Assembly: GCA_039798945.1 (NCBI GenBank)
Contig: JBDKFA010000352.1
Location: forward strand, 6,262 to 70,261
Origin: Pseudomonadota bacterium
GTDB taxonomy: Bacteria; Pseudomonadota; Gammaproteobacteria; Burkholderiales; Burkholderiaceae_C
DNA: 64,000 nt
Direction: 5' to 3'
Translations under genes and position numbers: made by a program
In this document: positions 28,956 to 37,969 of the stretch, one piece after another
Numbering within the stretch: the stretch's first letter is position 1
Layout: every line of letters begins with the position of its first letter
The notes under the pieces: model-generated
Databases searched by the model: none
Told to the model about the DNA's origin: nothing
The model's input: only the letters and a program-made list of their open reading frames with translations

Positions 28956-30875
28956 TCAGCTGCCCGGCCGCTTGATCGCCGGGCCGGTCGCTCCGTCGAA
29001 GCCGATGCGCCACAACGCCGGCAAGTCCTCGGCCTGCGAGATCCCCTCGGCGTACAGCGTCACACCGATGCTGCGCGCGGTGGCCACGACCTGGGCGGCG
29101 TAATCGGCCAGCTTCGTGTCCTGGTGGATGCCGCGCAGGAAGCGGCCATCGACCTTCAGGAAGTCGAGCCCCCTGCCCTTGGCGTCCAGCAGCGTCTGCA
29201 GCGACTCCTTCGCCCCGCCCAGCCCGAACCGCACGCCCATCGGCTTCCACAGTGCCGCGGCCGCCGGCCAGGCCTGCTCGGCGTGTACCGCCGATTCGGT
29301 GGCCTCCACCACCAGCTTGCGCGCGGCGCCCGCATGCTGGGCCAGCAGGTTGCTGACCGCCTGCACGAACTGCGCATCGGCCAGCGAGGCGGCGGACATG
29401 TACACGCAGCGTGCCACCCCGTCGCGCGGGATCGCCTGCAGCGCCATGCGCGTGGCCATCAGGTCGGCCTGCTGCACGAGCTGCGCGCGGATGGCCATCG
29501 GCAGCCAGTGCGCCGAACTGTAGAAGGGGCCGTCGGGCTCGAGCTGCAGGCGCAGCGGGCACTCCAGGTGCAGCACCCCGCCATCGGGCCCGATCACGGC
29601 GAACTCCGCGAGCCGGGCGCGCCCGAGCTGCAGCGCCTCGGTGACCCGGCGGCGCCACTCCTGCTCGCCCATCACCTCGCCCTCGCTGCCGGGGCGCACG
29701 GCCACCGCAAAGGGGCCCTCGCTCTCCGCCTGCGCCAGCGCCTGGTCGGCCTTGGACAGGGTCTGTCCCACGGCGCCCGTGGCCAGCCCTTCCAGCGCGC
29801 CGATGTGGAACTCGGCCTCGGGGTCGGCCTGCTGGAAAAGCGGCCGCACCGCCGCGGCCAGCTCCTCGGCCACCACCTTGCCGACACCGTTGACCGGGAC
29901 GTACAAGGCGAAGTCGGAGCCGTTCAGCCGGCCGCACAGGCTGCCTTCGACGCGGGCGGCGCATTCGTTGAGCTTCACGCCGACGTCGGCCAGCAGCCGG
30001 TCGGCGACGTTGCGTCCCACCCGCCGGTTGATCGCGTTGAGCGCCTGCACCCGCAGCAGCACCAGCGCCCCGCGGCGCGTGACCGTGCTGGCCGTGGAGC
30101 TTCCGCCCAGCGCGCGCTCGAGCTGCGCCAGGAAGTGCGCCCGGTTGTGCACCCCGGAGACGCCGTCGCGCTGCAACTGCTGGCGCATCGTGTCGAGCTG
30201 GCTCGCCTGGTTCTCGAACAGCGTCTTCACGCGTCGCACCATCGAGTTCATGCCAGTGGCCAGCGCCTTGAACTCGAGCGTGCGCGGCAACGCGATCTCG
30301 GTGAAGCGCGCCTCCTCCACGCCGCGCGCCTGCTCGACCATGCCGTCGAGCGTCTCGCGCCAGCCGCGTACGAACGTGAAGGCCACGGCGAGCGCGGCCG
30401 CCCCGATCACCAGCAGCGTGAAGACGAAGCGCAGCATCCCGTCCCACAACGCGTTGTAGGCCCACGCCCCATGGCTTTCCACCGACAGTTGCCCGATCTG
30501 GCGCCAGCCGTCGATGACGGTGGCCACGCCCGCCGGGGCCTGCAGCGGCAGTGCGCGGACGAACCACGCCGGCGCATTGCCCACCGTCTCCGGGCTCTCG
30601 CGCTCGATGATCACGGCGCCATCCACCCCTGCCAGGCGGATGCGGCGGTAGTGGCCCGCATCGAACTGCGCCTGCAGCACGAGTTCGATCATCTTCAGGT
30701 CGCCGCGCTGCGCGTTGGCCACCTGCGCGAGCAGCGCGGCCGCGTCGCCGTTGCGGGCCTGCCACTGCGACTGCATCGACTTCTGGAAGATCCAGGTGCC
30801 CACGGCCGCGCTGCCACCGAAGGCCAGCAGCACCACCATCGACAGCAGCAGCGCGATCTGGCGGATCATCGACAC
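28956..30875 (-). CDS. lapD: LapD-like c-di-GMP receptor (periplasmic domain, TM, HAMP, degenerate GGDEF and EAL)
   Basis: LapD/MoxY N-terminal domain with the GWRQ loop (30498-30509); GGDEF replaced by NGSDF; EAL replaced by ECPLR; DDFG motif lost. Confidence 0.9.
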   Translation of the reverse strand: MSMIRQIALLLSMVVLLAFGGSAAVGTWIFQKSMQSQWQARNGDAAALLAQVANAQRGDLKMIELVLQAQFDAGHYRRIRLAGVDGAVIIERESPETVGNAPAWFVRALPLQAPAGVATVIDGWRQIGQLSVESHGAWAYNALWDGMLRFVFTLLVIGAAALAVAFTFVRGWRETLDGMVEQARGVEEARFTEIALPRTLEFKALATGMNSMVRRVKTLFENQASQLDTMRQQLQRDGVSGVHNRAHFLAQLERALGGSSTASTVTRRGALVLLRVQALNAINRRVGRNVADRLLADVGVKLNECAARVEGSLCGRLNGSDFALYVPVNGVGKVVAEELAAAVRPLFQQADPEAEFHIGALEGLATGAVGQTLSKADQALAQAESEGPFAVAVRPGSEGEVMGEQEWRRRVTEALQLGRARLAEFAVIGPDGGVLHLECPLRLQLEPDGPFYSSAHWLPMAIRAQLVQQADLMATRMALQAIPRDGVARCVYMSAASLADAQFVQAVSNLLAQHAGAARKLVVEATESAVHAEQAWPAAAALWKPMGVRFGLGGAKESLQTLLDAKGRGLDFLKVDGRFLRGIHQDTKLADYAAQVVATARSIGVTLYAEGISQAEDLPALWRIGFDGATGPAIKRPGS

Positions 30876-30936
30876 GGCGCGGCCCCTTTGCGACACGGTT
30901 GAGGTGAGCACGGAGTCTACGCGTGAAGTCCGCGAT

Positions 30937-30968
30937 GGCTGCTGCGGGGGGAACGGCTGCTGCGGGGG
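30937..30968. repeat. 14-bp direct repeat x2 upstream of lapD
   Basis: ggctgctgcggggg at 30937-30950 and 30955-30968. Confidence 0.55.
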
Positions 30969-31011
30969 CGGCGTGGGCGGCGGGCGCTGGCGGCCCGCGC
31001 CGCAGGGACGC

Positions 31012-31770
31012 TCAGAACCCTTCGGCCTTGATCCGGTTCATCGCGTCGCGCCACTTGGAGATGCGCGCCATCGGGTCGCCCATGCTCTGCTGCCCCACCC
31101 CTTGCCACAGGCCCTCGGTGTTGAAGCTGAACACAGGCTTGAGGTCCGGGCGCTGCGAAGCGGGCCGGATCTCGTCGGTCAGGTTGTCCAGGATGACAGG
31201 CTCGGCAGTGGGCTGGGCATAGTACGCGAGCACCATATGCCCGACCGACTCGGCCGGTTGCGTCGCCGTGGCGGGCAGGTCGGCCTTCACGTAGATCAGG
31301 CGCATCTTGGACGCCGGCATGCCCCCGGCCAGCAGCGTGAAGTACTTGGCGATCGCGTAGTCCTCGCAGTCCCCGCGGCCCTGTCCAAAGGTCTCCAGCG
31401 GGCTTGCCCAATAGTCCAGTTGCTGCCACAGCCGCAGGTCCGAGGTGTATCGGATCTTGCGGTTGTAGAAGAGGTTCGTCTCTTCGTGCTGCACGGCTTC
31501 GTCGGCCCCCGCGAGCCGGCTCACGAGTTCCTGCATCTCCTGGACCATGCGCTCGGTCTCGCCGCCGCGCTCGCGCGCCGCCTGCAGCACCCGCCCGGCG
31601 CTGAAGGCCTGCGCGACCGAGCTCAGGGTCAGGCCAACGGCCAACACCGCGCACAGGCCCACGACCACCGGCGGGCGGCACAGCGCTGCCCGCCAGGCCC
31701 GGGCAGCCGCGCCCGCCCGGGACGGCGCGGCACTCGGATGCGAAGGCAGGTGCGGACGCAAGTGACTCAT
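31012..31770 (-). CDS. lapG: LapG-like transglutaminase-like cysteine protease (copy 2)
   Basis: DYWASPLE, GRGDCEDYAIAKY, HMVLAYY, ILDN; signal peptide ending AQA. Start uncertain. Confidence 0.9.
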   Translation of the reverse strand: MSHLRPHLPSHPSAAPSRAGAAARAWRAALCRPPVVVGLCAVLAVGLTLSSVAQAFSAGRVLQAARERGGETERMVQEMQELVSRLAGADEAVQHEETNLFYNRKIRYTSDLRLWQQLDYWASPLETFGQGRGDCEDYAIAKYFTLLAGGMPASKMRLIYVKADLPATATQPAESVGHMVLAYYAQPTAEPVILDNLTDEIRPASQRPDLKPVFSFNTEGLWQGVGQQSMGDPMARISKWRDAMNRIKAEGF

Positions 31771-32047
31771 GGGCGAATCTCGCGAGCGGTCGGGGTCAGG
31801 CAATGGACGAACGACAGGAACGGAACCCACTTCACACTATGCCGCGCCGGCCTCGGGACGAAGCCGGCCCTCGGCCCCCTCCAACCGGGGGGGAAGAGTC
31901 GCCGCCGCGTGACGTCCGTCACGACCCGGGCCCGGCTGTGCGCCTCGGCGCCCCCAGCCGGGGCCGCCTGCGATTGTGCACAGCCGGCCGCCTCCGCCGA
32001 AACCGGCGCGCGTACAAGCGGTGCGCGTGCACACGGATTCGCCCGCC

Positions 32048-33370
32048 CTAGCGCTCCCGCAGTGCCTGCGAGACGTTTTGCAGCGGCCGGAACAGGTACT
32101 CGAGCACGGTCTTGTGGCCGGTGCGGATCTCCACCAGCGCCGTCATGCCCGGCAGCGGCTCGAGCGTCATGCCTGCGCGCACGCGGTCGCCGTCGCGGAT
32201 GCGCACGAGGATGCGGTAGAAGCCCTCCTCGAGCTCGGGCAGGCTGCCCGGACGGCGGTTGCGCTCGTCCTTCAAGGTGTCCGGGCTCACCTGCTCGAGC
32301 ACGCCGTCCAGGCCCCCGTACTTGTTGAAGTCATAGGCGGTGAGCTTCACCGTGGCGGCCTGGCCGGGCCGCAGGAAGGCCACCTCGGTGGGCCGCACGT
32401 AGGCCTCCACCAGCATCTCGTCTTGCACGGGTACGATCTCCAGGATGTTCTGCCCGGGCTGGATGACGCCACCGACGGTGGTGATCTGCACGTTCTTGAC
32501 GATGCCCTTCATCGGCGCGCGGATCACCGTGCGGCGCAGGCTGTCCTCGCGCGCGAGCGCGTTCTCGCGCGTCTGCGCGAGCTCGCTTTCCACACGCGTG
32601 AGCTCGTTGCTGGCATCCGTCAGGTAGCGGTTGCGCCGCTCGACGATCTGCCCTTGCAGGTCTGCCTGCTGGCGCCCGAGGTCGGCCAGCTGGCGCTTGA
32701 GCTCGGCCTCCTGGCGCTGCAGCCGCAGCAGCTCCACTTCCGAGATCACACCCTGGCGCACGAGGGGCTGCGTCATCTCGAGTTCGCGCCGGGTGGCGAG
32801 CATCGAATCCTGCACCGCCCGCACCGAGCCTTCGGTGGCGGCCAGCGAGGCCCGGATGGCGCGCACCTGCTCCTCCAGCGCCTGGCGCCGCGCCTCGTAG
32901 GCCTGGCGTTCGCGCGCCAGCACCGCCGGCACGGCACGCACCTCCGGCGGAAACTCGAGCGCCGCACCACGAGCCTCGGCGCGCAGCCGCGCCGCGAGCG
33001 CGGCCAGGGCCAGCGCCTTCTCGCGTGCCTCGCGGTAGACCGGGCCGGCACGGGCATCGTCGATGCGAAGCAGCACCTGCCCCGCGCTCACGGCATCGCC
33101 CTCGCGCACGAGCAGTTCGCGCAGGATGCCCGAGTCGAGGCTTTGCACCACCTGCTCGCGGCTGGCGGGGATGACGCGGCCCTGGGCGCGCGTGATCTCG
33201 TCGAGCTCGAAGGTGGCCGCCCAGCCCAGGGCCACGGCCAGCGTCAGCGCGGTGGCCCACAGCAGCCAGCGGCTCGTGCACCGCTCCTCCTCCTCGGGGC
33301 TGTCCAGCACGCGTGCCGGGGCCGATGCGGGCGCACGGGCAGCTTCGGCAGCCGGACGGGCGGGCTTCAC
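32048..33370 (-). CDS. lapC: HlyD-family type I secretion membrane fusion protein (LapC-like)
   Basis: N-terminal TM, GRVIPASREQVVQSLDSGI, coiled coil, IRAPMKGIV, PGMTA, GHKTVLEYLFRP. GTG overlaps the lapB stop. Confidence 0.9.
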   Translation of the reverse strand: MKPARPAAEAARAPASAPARVLDSPEEEERCTSRWLLWATALTLAVALGWAATFELDEITRAQGRVIPASREQVVQSLDSGILRELLVREGDAVSAGQVLLRIDDARAGPVYREAREKALALAALAARLRAEARGAALEFPPEVRAVPAVLARERQAYEARRQALEEQVRAIRASLAATEGSVRAVQDSMLATRRELEMTQPLVRQGVISEVELLRLQRQEAELKRQLADLGRQQADLQGQIVERRNRYLTDASNELTRVESELAQTRENALAREDSLRRTVIRAPMKGIVKNVQITTVGGVIQPGQNILEIVPVQDEMLVEAYVRPTEVAFLRPGQAATVKLTAYDFNKYGGLDGVLEQVSPDTLKDERNRRPGSLPELEEGFYRILVRIRDGDRVRAGMTLEPLPGMTALVEIRTGHKTVLEYLFRPLQNVSQALRER

Positions 33371-35622
33371 GCGAAGCCCCCTGCGGGGGGCGCACCGGTG
33401 GCCGAGGCCCGGCCGGCGGCGGCCGGCACCGCGATGCCGCGGCTCAGCCGCTCGATCATCTGCGCCTTCGGGCCGCTGGCCAGGCATTGCCCGGCCTCGA
33501 TGACCGCGATCGCGTCCACGAGCTCGAGCAGCTGCGGGCGGTGCGTGGCCAAGAGCAGCGTGCGCCCGGGCAGCCACTGCTGGAGCGCAGCGATCACGCG
33601 CGCCTCGGTGTGCTGGTCCATGTGCGCGGTGGGCTCGTCCATGAATACGATCTGCGGGTCGCGCAGCATCATGCGCGCCAGGCTCAGCAGCTGGCGCTGC
33701 CCGCCCGACAGGCCGCCGCCCGCTTCGGTGAGCGGCCGGTCCAGCCCGCGCGGGTGCTCGGCCACCACCGGGTACAGCTCGATCGCCTTGAGCACTTCGA
33801 GGATTCGGCTGTCCGGCATGTGGCGGTCCGACAGCACCAGGTTCTCGCGCAGCGTACCCATGAACAGCATCGGCTCCTGGCCCACCCAGCCGATGCGCGC
33901 ACGCTGCGAGGCCGGGTCGATCTGCGACAACGCGATGCCGTCCACGCGCACCTGCCCGGCCAGCGGCTCGTGCAGGCCGGCGGCCACGCGCAGCAGCGTG
34001 GACTTGCCCGAACCCACGCGCCCGAGAAGCGCCATGCGCTCGCCGGGGGCAAGCTCCAGGCTCAGCCGGCGCAGCACCGGCAGGCCCTGCTCGCCGGGGT
34101 AGGCGAACTCCAGCTCGTCCAGGCGCAGCGCACTGCCCCGGGACGACCGGTCCGCCGCGAGATACCGGCGCGCGTCCTCGCGGTCGCGCGGCCGCTTCAT
34201 CAGACCGTCCAGCGTCTGCAGCGCGGTGGCCGCCTGCTGGTAGCGCGCGGCCAGCCCCATCACGCTGCCCAGCGGCGCGATGGCCCGTCCGGCGAGGATC
34301 ACCGCAGCGATCAGCCCCCCGAGCGTGAGCGCGTTGGCGTGGATCAGGTAGACGCCGGCCACCACCATCGCGATCGTCACGAGCTGCTGCAGGGTCTGCG
34401 TGAGCCCGAGGATCAGGTTGGTCAGCGCGCGGATGCGCTTGTAGGAGTCGGCCCCGAACTCGTTGGCGCGCTCCCAGCGCTGCTGCAGGTAGCCTTCGGC
34501 GTTGTGGGCCTTGAGCGCCTCCAGGTTCAGCAGCGCCTCCACCAGCACGCTCTGGCGGTCGCCGGCCTCCTTCATGTTCTCGCGCATCGCGCGCATCAGC
34601 GCGGGCTGCGCGAGCAGCGCAACCGCGAGCACGAGCGGCACGGCCAGCGTCGGGATCCAGCCGATGGGCCCGCCGACGATGAAGATGAGGGCGATGAACA
34701 GGGCGATGAACGGCAGCTCGGTGAGCAGCACGAAGGAGGCTGACGAGAAGAAGTCGCGCAGCGCCTCGAAGTCGCGCATCGAACTCGCGAAGATGCCGAT
34801 CGACTGCGGCCGGTGCTCCAGGCGGATGGACAGGATCTCGCGCAACAGCGTGGCGTTGATGGCCAGGTCGGCTCGCTTGCCGCCCAGGTCCACGAGGCGT
34901 GCCTTCAGCCAGCGCATCGCGAACTCCAGCAACGCGGCGGCCGCCGCGCCGATGGCCAGCGTCCACAGCGAGGTGTAGGCCTGCGTGGGTACCACGCGGT
35001 CGTAGACGTTCATCGTGAAGAACACACCGGCCAGCGTCAGCACGTTGGCGATGACGGTGGCCAGCATCGATTCGACGTAGAAGTGCCGGAAGCGCCACAA
35101 CGTGCTCCAGAACCAGCCGAAGGCGCGGCCGCGAAACGGCACGAGGGTCTGCCCGGACGGCTGCGCAAGCGCCTTCACGACGAGCACCTCGCCGGTGCTG
35201 GCGGCGTCGAGCTCGTGCAGCGGCAGGCGCAGCTCCTCGTGGCCGCCGTGGGGCGCGAGCACGCTCGCCTGCCCCTGGGCAATGGCACGCAGCACGTAGG
35301 CGCGTCCGTCCGTGCATGGCACGATCACCGGCAGCACGTAGCTCGGCAGGCGGCTGGGCAGGCCCTTGGCCCAGGAGGCCGCCAGTCCGTGCCGGCGTGC
35401 CAGGTCCGGCAGTGCGGCCAGGGGCACGCGGCCCTCGGCATCGACCGCGAACCCGGAGGTGAGCGCAGCCGCCTGCAGCGGCCGCTCGAGGATCTCGCCG
35501 GCCAGCATCAGGCAGGCCAGCACCGGGTCGTCCGGAAATGGCGGAAGCGGCGGCTCGGCCGGTGCAGCAGCAGTACCAGCAGCAGTACCAGCAGCGGTGG
35601 CGGCAGCGGTGGCAGCGGACAT
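33367..35622 (-). CDS. lapB: Type I secretion ABC permease/ATPase with C39-like domain (LapB-like)
   Basis: C39-like N-terminus, MNVYDRVVP, GRVGSGKST, LSGGQRQ, MDEPT. Confidence 0.92.
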   Translation of the reverse strand: MSAATAAATAAGTAAGTAAAPAEPPLPPFPDDPVLACLMLAGEILERPLQAAALTSGFAVDAEGRVPLAALPDLARRHGLAASWAKGLPSRLPSYVLPVIVPCTDGRAYVLRAIAQGQASVLAPHGGHEELRLPLHELDAASTGEVLVVKALAQPSGQTLVPFRGRAFGWFWSTLWRFRHFYVESMLATVIANVLTLAGVFFTMNVYDRVVPTQAYTSLWTLAIGAAAAALLEFAMRWLKARLVDLGGKRADLAINATLLREILSIRLEHRPQSIGIFASSMRDFEALRDFFSSASFVLLTELPFIALFIALIFIVGGPIGWIPTLAVPLVLAVALLAQPALMRAMRENMKEAGDRQSVLVEALLNLEALKAHNAEGYLQQRWERANEFGADSYKRIRALTNLILGLTQTLQQLVTIAMVVAGVYLIHANALTLGGLIAAVILAGRAIAPLGSVMGLAARYQQAATALQTLDGLMKRPRDREDARRYLAADRSSRGSALRLDELEFAYPGEQGLPVLRRLSLELAPGERMALLGRVGSGKSTLLRVAAGLHEPLAGQVRVDGIALSQIDPASQRARIGWVGQEPMLFMGTLRENLVLSDRHMPDSRILEVLKAIELYPVVAEHPRGLDRPLTEAGGGLSGGQRQLLSLARMMLRDPQIVFMDEPTAHMDQHTEARVIAALQQWLPGRTLLLATHRPQLLELVDAIAVIEAGQCLASGPKAQMIERLSRGIAVPAAAGRASATGAPPAGGFA
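35567..35614 (-). repeat. 12-bp tandem repeat x4 encoding ATAA-ATAA-GTAA-GTAA at the LapB N-terminus
   Basis: gcagcagtacca x2 then gcagcggtggc(g/a) x2 on the plus strand. Confidence 0.75.
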
Positions 35623-35716
35623 GGCCTTCAGTATCGCCGCAGCGGCCCAGGGGGCGGCGGCGGGCGTGCAGCGGCGGTCCGGCAAGCAGCAGCCAGCGGC
35701 CGCGGCCGCGCGGGGC

Positions 35717-36958
35717 TCAGCGCGCGTAGACCCGGCCGAGCTCGGCCAGCGCCGCAGACAGCCGGAACCGCGCCAGGCGCCGGTCGGCGCGCGCACCGGC
35801 CGCAGCCACCGCGTAGCCGTGTGCCTCGGCCTGGATGTTCAGCAGGTCCAGCAGCGAGCGGCGGGCCAGCCGGAACTGCAGCCGGTAGCCCTCGACCACC
35901 TTCTGTGCCGCCTGATCCTGACCGTCACTGAGCGATTCGCGCCGCTGCGTGGACTGCCACTCCGACCAGGCGGCGGTGATGCGTTCGCGCACCGCCAGGG
36001 CCTGCTCGTCGGCTGCCGCCCGCGCAGCGCGTGCCTGGGCGTCGGCCGAGGCCACGGCCGCCGAGCCCGCACCGGCGTTGAAGACGGGCATGCTCACACT
36101 CAGTTCCGTCTTCAGGCCAGGTCGCAGCGTGTAGGGGTTGAGCGGGTGGCTGAGCTGCAAGTCGACCTTCGGTCGTGTCTGCGCCCGTGTCTGCACGACG
36201 CCCGCATCGGCGGCCTCCACCTGCGCCAGGCTCTGCGCGATCAGGGGGTGCCGGGCACCGGCCGAGGCCAGCGCCTGCGCCAGCGAGGCAGGCAGCTCCC
36301 CGGGCTCCTCCTCCAGGCCGGCCGGCTGCGCCGGCAACGCCTGGGGCCAGAACCGCGCCAGCCGCGCCGCCGCCTGGGCCAGTTCGCCTTCACGCTGCTC
36401 GACGGCAAGGGCGGCCGCGTTCACGCGCACCTGCGCCTGGCTGAGGTCCACCAGGCGACCCGGGTCCACATCGACGATGCGCCTGACGTCCTCGCCGATG
36501 CGCTGCAGCGCCTGCAGGTTCTCGCGCGCCAGACCCACGATCTCGAACTGACGCGCCCAGACGATGTAGGCCTCGGCGGCCTGCAGCGCGACTTCGTCGA
36601 GCGTCGAGCCGGTCCTGCCCTGGGCGGCACGCTGCAGCGCATCGGCGCGCGCCACCCCGGCTTCGATGCCGCCTCCGGCATACAGGGTGTAGCTCGCCTG
36701 CGGCGTGGCCACGAGCCGGCGCGGGGCCCCCTCCTGCTCGACGGCCGTGGCGCCCACCCCTACGGTGGGCCAGCGCGCCGCCTTGGCCCGGTCGAGGTCG
36801 GCCGCGCTGCCGGCGGCATTGGCCCGGGCCGCGAGCACCGCCGGGTACTGGACGAGAGCCTCGCGCACCACCTCGCCCAGGGTCTGGGCGCGGGCCGCGG
36901 CAGCCGCCGCCAGCGCCAGCACACCGGCCGCGCCGGCGACCGCACCGGCGCGGCGCAT
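35717..36958 (-). CDS. lapE: TolC-family outer membrane protein (LapE-like)
   Basis: Signal peptide; ALVQYPAV, two TolC repeats, QFRLARRSLLDLLN. Start uncertain. Confidence 0.88.
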   Translation of the reverse strand: MRRAGAVAGAAGVLALAAAAAARAQTLGEVVREALVQYPAVLAARANAAGSAADLDRAKAARWPTVGVGATAVEQEGAPRRLVATPQASYTLYAGGGIEAGVARADALQRAAQGRTGSTLDEVALQAAEAYIVWARQFEIVGLARENLQALQRIGEDVRRIVDVDPGRLVDLSQAQVRVNAAALAVEQREGELAQAAARLARFWPQALPAQPAGLEEEPGELPASLAQALASAGARHPLIAQSLAQVEAADAGVVQTRAQTRPKVDLQLSHPLNPYTLRPGLKTELSVSMPVFNAGAGSAAVASADAQARAARAAADEQALAVRERITAAWSEWQSTQRRESLSDGQDQAAQKVVEGYRLQFRLARRSLLDLLNIQAEAHGYAVAAAGARADRRLARFRLSAALAELGRVYAR

Positions 36959-37173
36959 GCACCGGCGAGCCGGGCGCGGGGGCGGGAAGGGACACAGCCA
37001 CATGGCCGGCATGCTAACGGGCGGCCAGCCCGACGACCCGCGCCTGCGGACGGGACACGCCACCGGCCGGGCCGTGCACGCTGGGGGCAACCCGCAAGCC
37101 ATCGCGCCGCACCCGCGCTATCGTGCGGGTGCGGCACGCAGCTTCGCGCGCCGGTACAGCCGGAGACGGTCCT

Positions 37174-37965
37174 ATGTCCTTGTCTGCTCTTCCTGGGCGC
37201 CGCGCCTGTGCGGCCTTTCTGGCGGTCGCCTGTGCGCTGCCGTCCGCACCGGCACGCGCCGACCAGACGGTCGAGCTGCGATCCGGTGGCGGCTACCAGA
37301 GTCTTGCCCTGGCCGCCGACGTCACCGAAGTCGAGCTGCTCGAGCAGCTGCAAGGCGCCTGCCGCTTCAACCGCAGCTGGGGCTACGACCTCACGAACCG
37401 CGAGCTGTGGGTCAACGGCGGCTGCGGCGGCCGCTTCAAGCTCGTGCAAGCGGCGGCCGAGGACAAGGGCAATTCCAATGCGGCCGCTGCCGCAGTGGCG
37501 GTGGCAGCGATCGCCGGCATCGCCATCCTCGCCAAGGCCAACCGCGACCGTCCGGACCACAGCCCGCCGCCGGAGCCCCCCTACACGCGCGGGCAGCCCA
37601 TCCGCAGCCAGCGCGGCCTGTGCCTGGACGTGGCCGACGGCCGCATGCGTCCCGGCGCACCGGTGCAGCTCTACAGCTGCCACGGGCGCGAGAACCAGCG
37701 CTTCACCTGGGGGCGAGGCGGGGAGATCGTCACGCCCAACCAGCTCTGCCTGGACATCCAGAACGCCAACACCGCAGACGGCGCGCGGCTGATCGTGTGG
37801 AACTGCTCGGGCGCGCGCAACCAGCGATGGCACGCGCGCGGCGGCACGATCGTGAGCCAGCTCAACGGCAAGTGCGTGGATGTCTTCGAAGGCCAGTTCC
37901 GCAACGGCCAGCCGGTGGTCGCCTGGAGCTGCAACGGCGGGCCCAACCAGCGCTGGTGGTGGTGA
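37174..37965 (+). CDS. Exported protein: DUF3011-like domain + ricin-type beta-trefoil lectin
   Basis: Signal peptide; CRFNRSWGYD...LWVNGGCGGRF; hydrophobic spacer; three CLD...C...NQR(F/W)xW ricin-B repeats. Confidence 0.82.
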   Translation: MSLSALPGRRACAAFLAVACALPSAPARADQTVELRSGGGYQSLALAADVTEVELLEQLQGACRFNRSWGYDLTNRELWVNGGCGGRFKLVQAAAEDKGNSNAAAAAVAVAAIAGIAILAKANRDRPDHSPPPEPPYTRGQPIRSQRGLCLDVADGRMRPGAPVQLYSCHGRENQRFTWGRGGEIVTPNQLCLDIQNANTADGARLIVWNCSGARNQRWHARGGTIVSQLNGKCVDVFEGQFRNGQPVVAWSCNGGPNQRWWW

Positions 37966-37969
37966 GGAG

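Noticed and set aside
31771-32047. c-di-GMP riboswitch or regulatory palindrome (CGTGAC-N4-GTCACG) between lapC and lapG2
   Set aside because: No GEMM consensus in the correct orientation; a short palindrome is unremarkable at this GC content.
32048-35317. 1089-aa ORF suggesting a giant MFP fusion
   Set aside because: The upstream part is an alternative frame of lapB; the real lapC starts at GTG 33370.
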